Position numbers and translations under genes: made by a program. A DNA stretch of 64,000 nucleotides, from contig NC_068987.1 of the NCBI RefSeq assembly GCF_001194135.2, forward strand, positions 22,047,039-22,111,038, written 5' to 3'. The stretch is from Octopus bimaculoides (taxonomy: Eukaryota). Below are positions 62,555 to 64,000 of the stretch, in pieces. The notes under the pieces are model-generated. The model ran no database searches, was not told the DNA's origin, and saw only the letters and a list, made by a program, of their open reading frames with translations. Within the stretch, counting starts at the first letter, position 1; every line of letters starts with the position of its first letter.

Positions 62555-62715
62555 AAGCAGTACTATCTCAGACCCCAGTATGTTTATGTGTGTAGCAGCA
62601 GTACTATCTCAGATTCAGCCCAGGATGTGTGTGTGTGTGTTTGTGAGAGTAACAGTATCATCTCAAGGTCAGTCCCAGGATGTATGTGTCTGTTGCAGTA
62701 ATACTTTCTCAGGTA
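62555..62715. repeat. Degenerate minisatellite, ~4 units of ~45-55 bp
   Basis: Repeating CAGTA(C/T)(T/C)ATCTCA…CCCAG(G/T)ATGT(G/A/T)TG units. Confidence 0.7.
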
Positions 62716-63760
62716 TGTGATTCATATTCCAATTTGAGTCTTGCAGAAGGGTGAGCCATGTGCTTCGGACTAATGTAGTTTCTGTCCTTAAAGAGAAGTC
62801 CTAACCTGCCTCTCCTCTATAACTCTGAGTGCGACACTTTCATATACAAGAACCAGAGAGGGATGCCTTTTTATACTTGCTCACCCTGCTAAAAATACCA
62901 GCAAAATTAATTTCTTTCATGCTGCATAAATCCATCTAAGAAAATAACACATTGGCTAATATTGCTCTGGCTTCCCTGCATGTAAGAAAAAATGGAATGG
63001 TCACACACACACACACACACGNNNNNNNNNNNNNNNNNNNNNNNNNNNNNNNNNNNNNNNNNNNNNNNNNNNNNNNNNNNNNNNNNNNNNNNNNNNNNNN
63101 NNNNNNNNNNNNNNNNNNNNNNNNNNNNNNNNNNNNNNNNNNNNNNNNNNNNNNNNNNNNNNNNNNNNNNNNNNNNNNNNNNNNNNNNNNNNNNNNNNNN
63201 NNNNNNNNNNNNNNNNNNNNNNNNNNNNNNNNNNNNNNNNGCTCTGGCTTCCCTGCATGTAAGAAAAAATGGAATGGTCACACACACACACACACACGTA
63301 CCTACCCACATACATATGCATATATATACATGTATACACATATACACACACACAGACTCTCGTATCATACACACATGTTAATATCGAACAATGAGAATGA
63401 GTGTTCCTTTTTTCTTTCCATGTTTTAATCTAAAATGGAGATCAACACTGATGTTCCATGTAATAAACTTGATAATTGTTGAGGGACTTCCTTTTACATG
63501 AAACCAATAGTAGCCTAGACCCATGAATAAGATAATACACACACACACACACACATGTGTACACATACATGCAGAAGTGTGCATGCATATACCCTACAGG
63601 CCTTAAAGTACTTAGAGTTATATAATTATAAGCAGGGATAACACAATGGATATAACCTGTGCAGTGTTTTCTCTTTTGTTCATTTGTCAGCTCTATATTA
63701 GCTGCATGTATAAGTGTGTGTATGTATGTCTCTCTCTGCATGAATGTGGCTCTGTATAGG

Positions 63761-63793
<33 letters not shown>

Positions 63794-64000
63794 TTGGCTG
63801 CATGGAGTGCTGTATCACTATCACCATCATTATCATCTCATATGCACCCCAACCATCCTTTCTCTTCCTTCATCCCTATTCTCTCTCTTATATTCACCTT
63901 GTACCTTGAGGGCAGTGCCTCTCAATCTCTCTCTCTCTCTTTCTCTCTGCCTCTCTGACTGGGATCTTCTCATCAGTAAGGCACCTGTCTTTCTATCATA

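Larger units (their letters stand above)
969..63240. other. Twelve assembly N-gaps: 969-1431, 2581-3180, 4480-4617, 7793-8073, 19720-20270, 29093-29192, 33665-34225, 42823-43137, 44436-44713, 45463-45580, 58050-58365, 63022-63240
   Basis: N runs, nearly all abutting microsatellites or repeats. Confidence 0.98.

Noticed and set aside
62964-63298. Identical ~57-bp sequence on both sides of N-gap 63022-63240
   Set aside because: Most likely unmerged overlapping contig ends at a (CA)n tract, not a real duplication.
669-63428. Long ORFs containing X runs or YI/CV/HT/SL dipeptide repeats
   Set aside because: Artefacts of translating N-gaps and dinucleotide microsatellites.

Overview
Repeat-saturated eukaryotic genomic DNA with 12 scaffold N-gaps, most likely coleoid cephalopod (Octopus-like). 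That assignment is an inference from tRNA-headed SINE families of the kind described in octopus plus extreme (TA)n/(CA)n/(GA)n load. I found no protein-coding host gene, RNA gene or CRISPR array that I can confirm, so the window looks intronic or intergenic. Most supplied ORFs are artefacts of microsatellites or N-runs. What the sequence supports: dozens of tRNA-derived SINEs from several families, RTE-clade LINE 3' fragments and non-autonomous elements sharing the RTE tail, three internally deleted mariner transposons (TIRs and TA ends visible in two), hAT- and piggyBac-type MITEs, a CR1/L2-type ORF2 fragment, and a decayed RTE-like reverse transcriptase abutting a Penelope-like GIY-YIG endonuclease. 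The most unusual items are: (1) a 150-bp palindromic MITE with an 8-bp TSD and GGTAA termini (Merlin-like) carrying head-to-head TTAGGG repeats and a G-quadruplex motif on each strand (54810-54959); (2) the in-frame RT/GIY-YIG junction near 14400; (3) three RFX X-box matches in small unique islands; (4) one credible unassigned coding exon (39790-40041). I did not find convincing evidence of a new biological system; these are leads. Family labels A-F are my own, and repeat boundaries are approximate unless a TSD or TIR is given.
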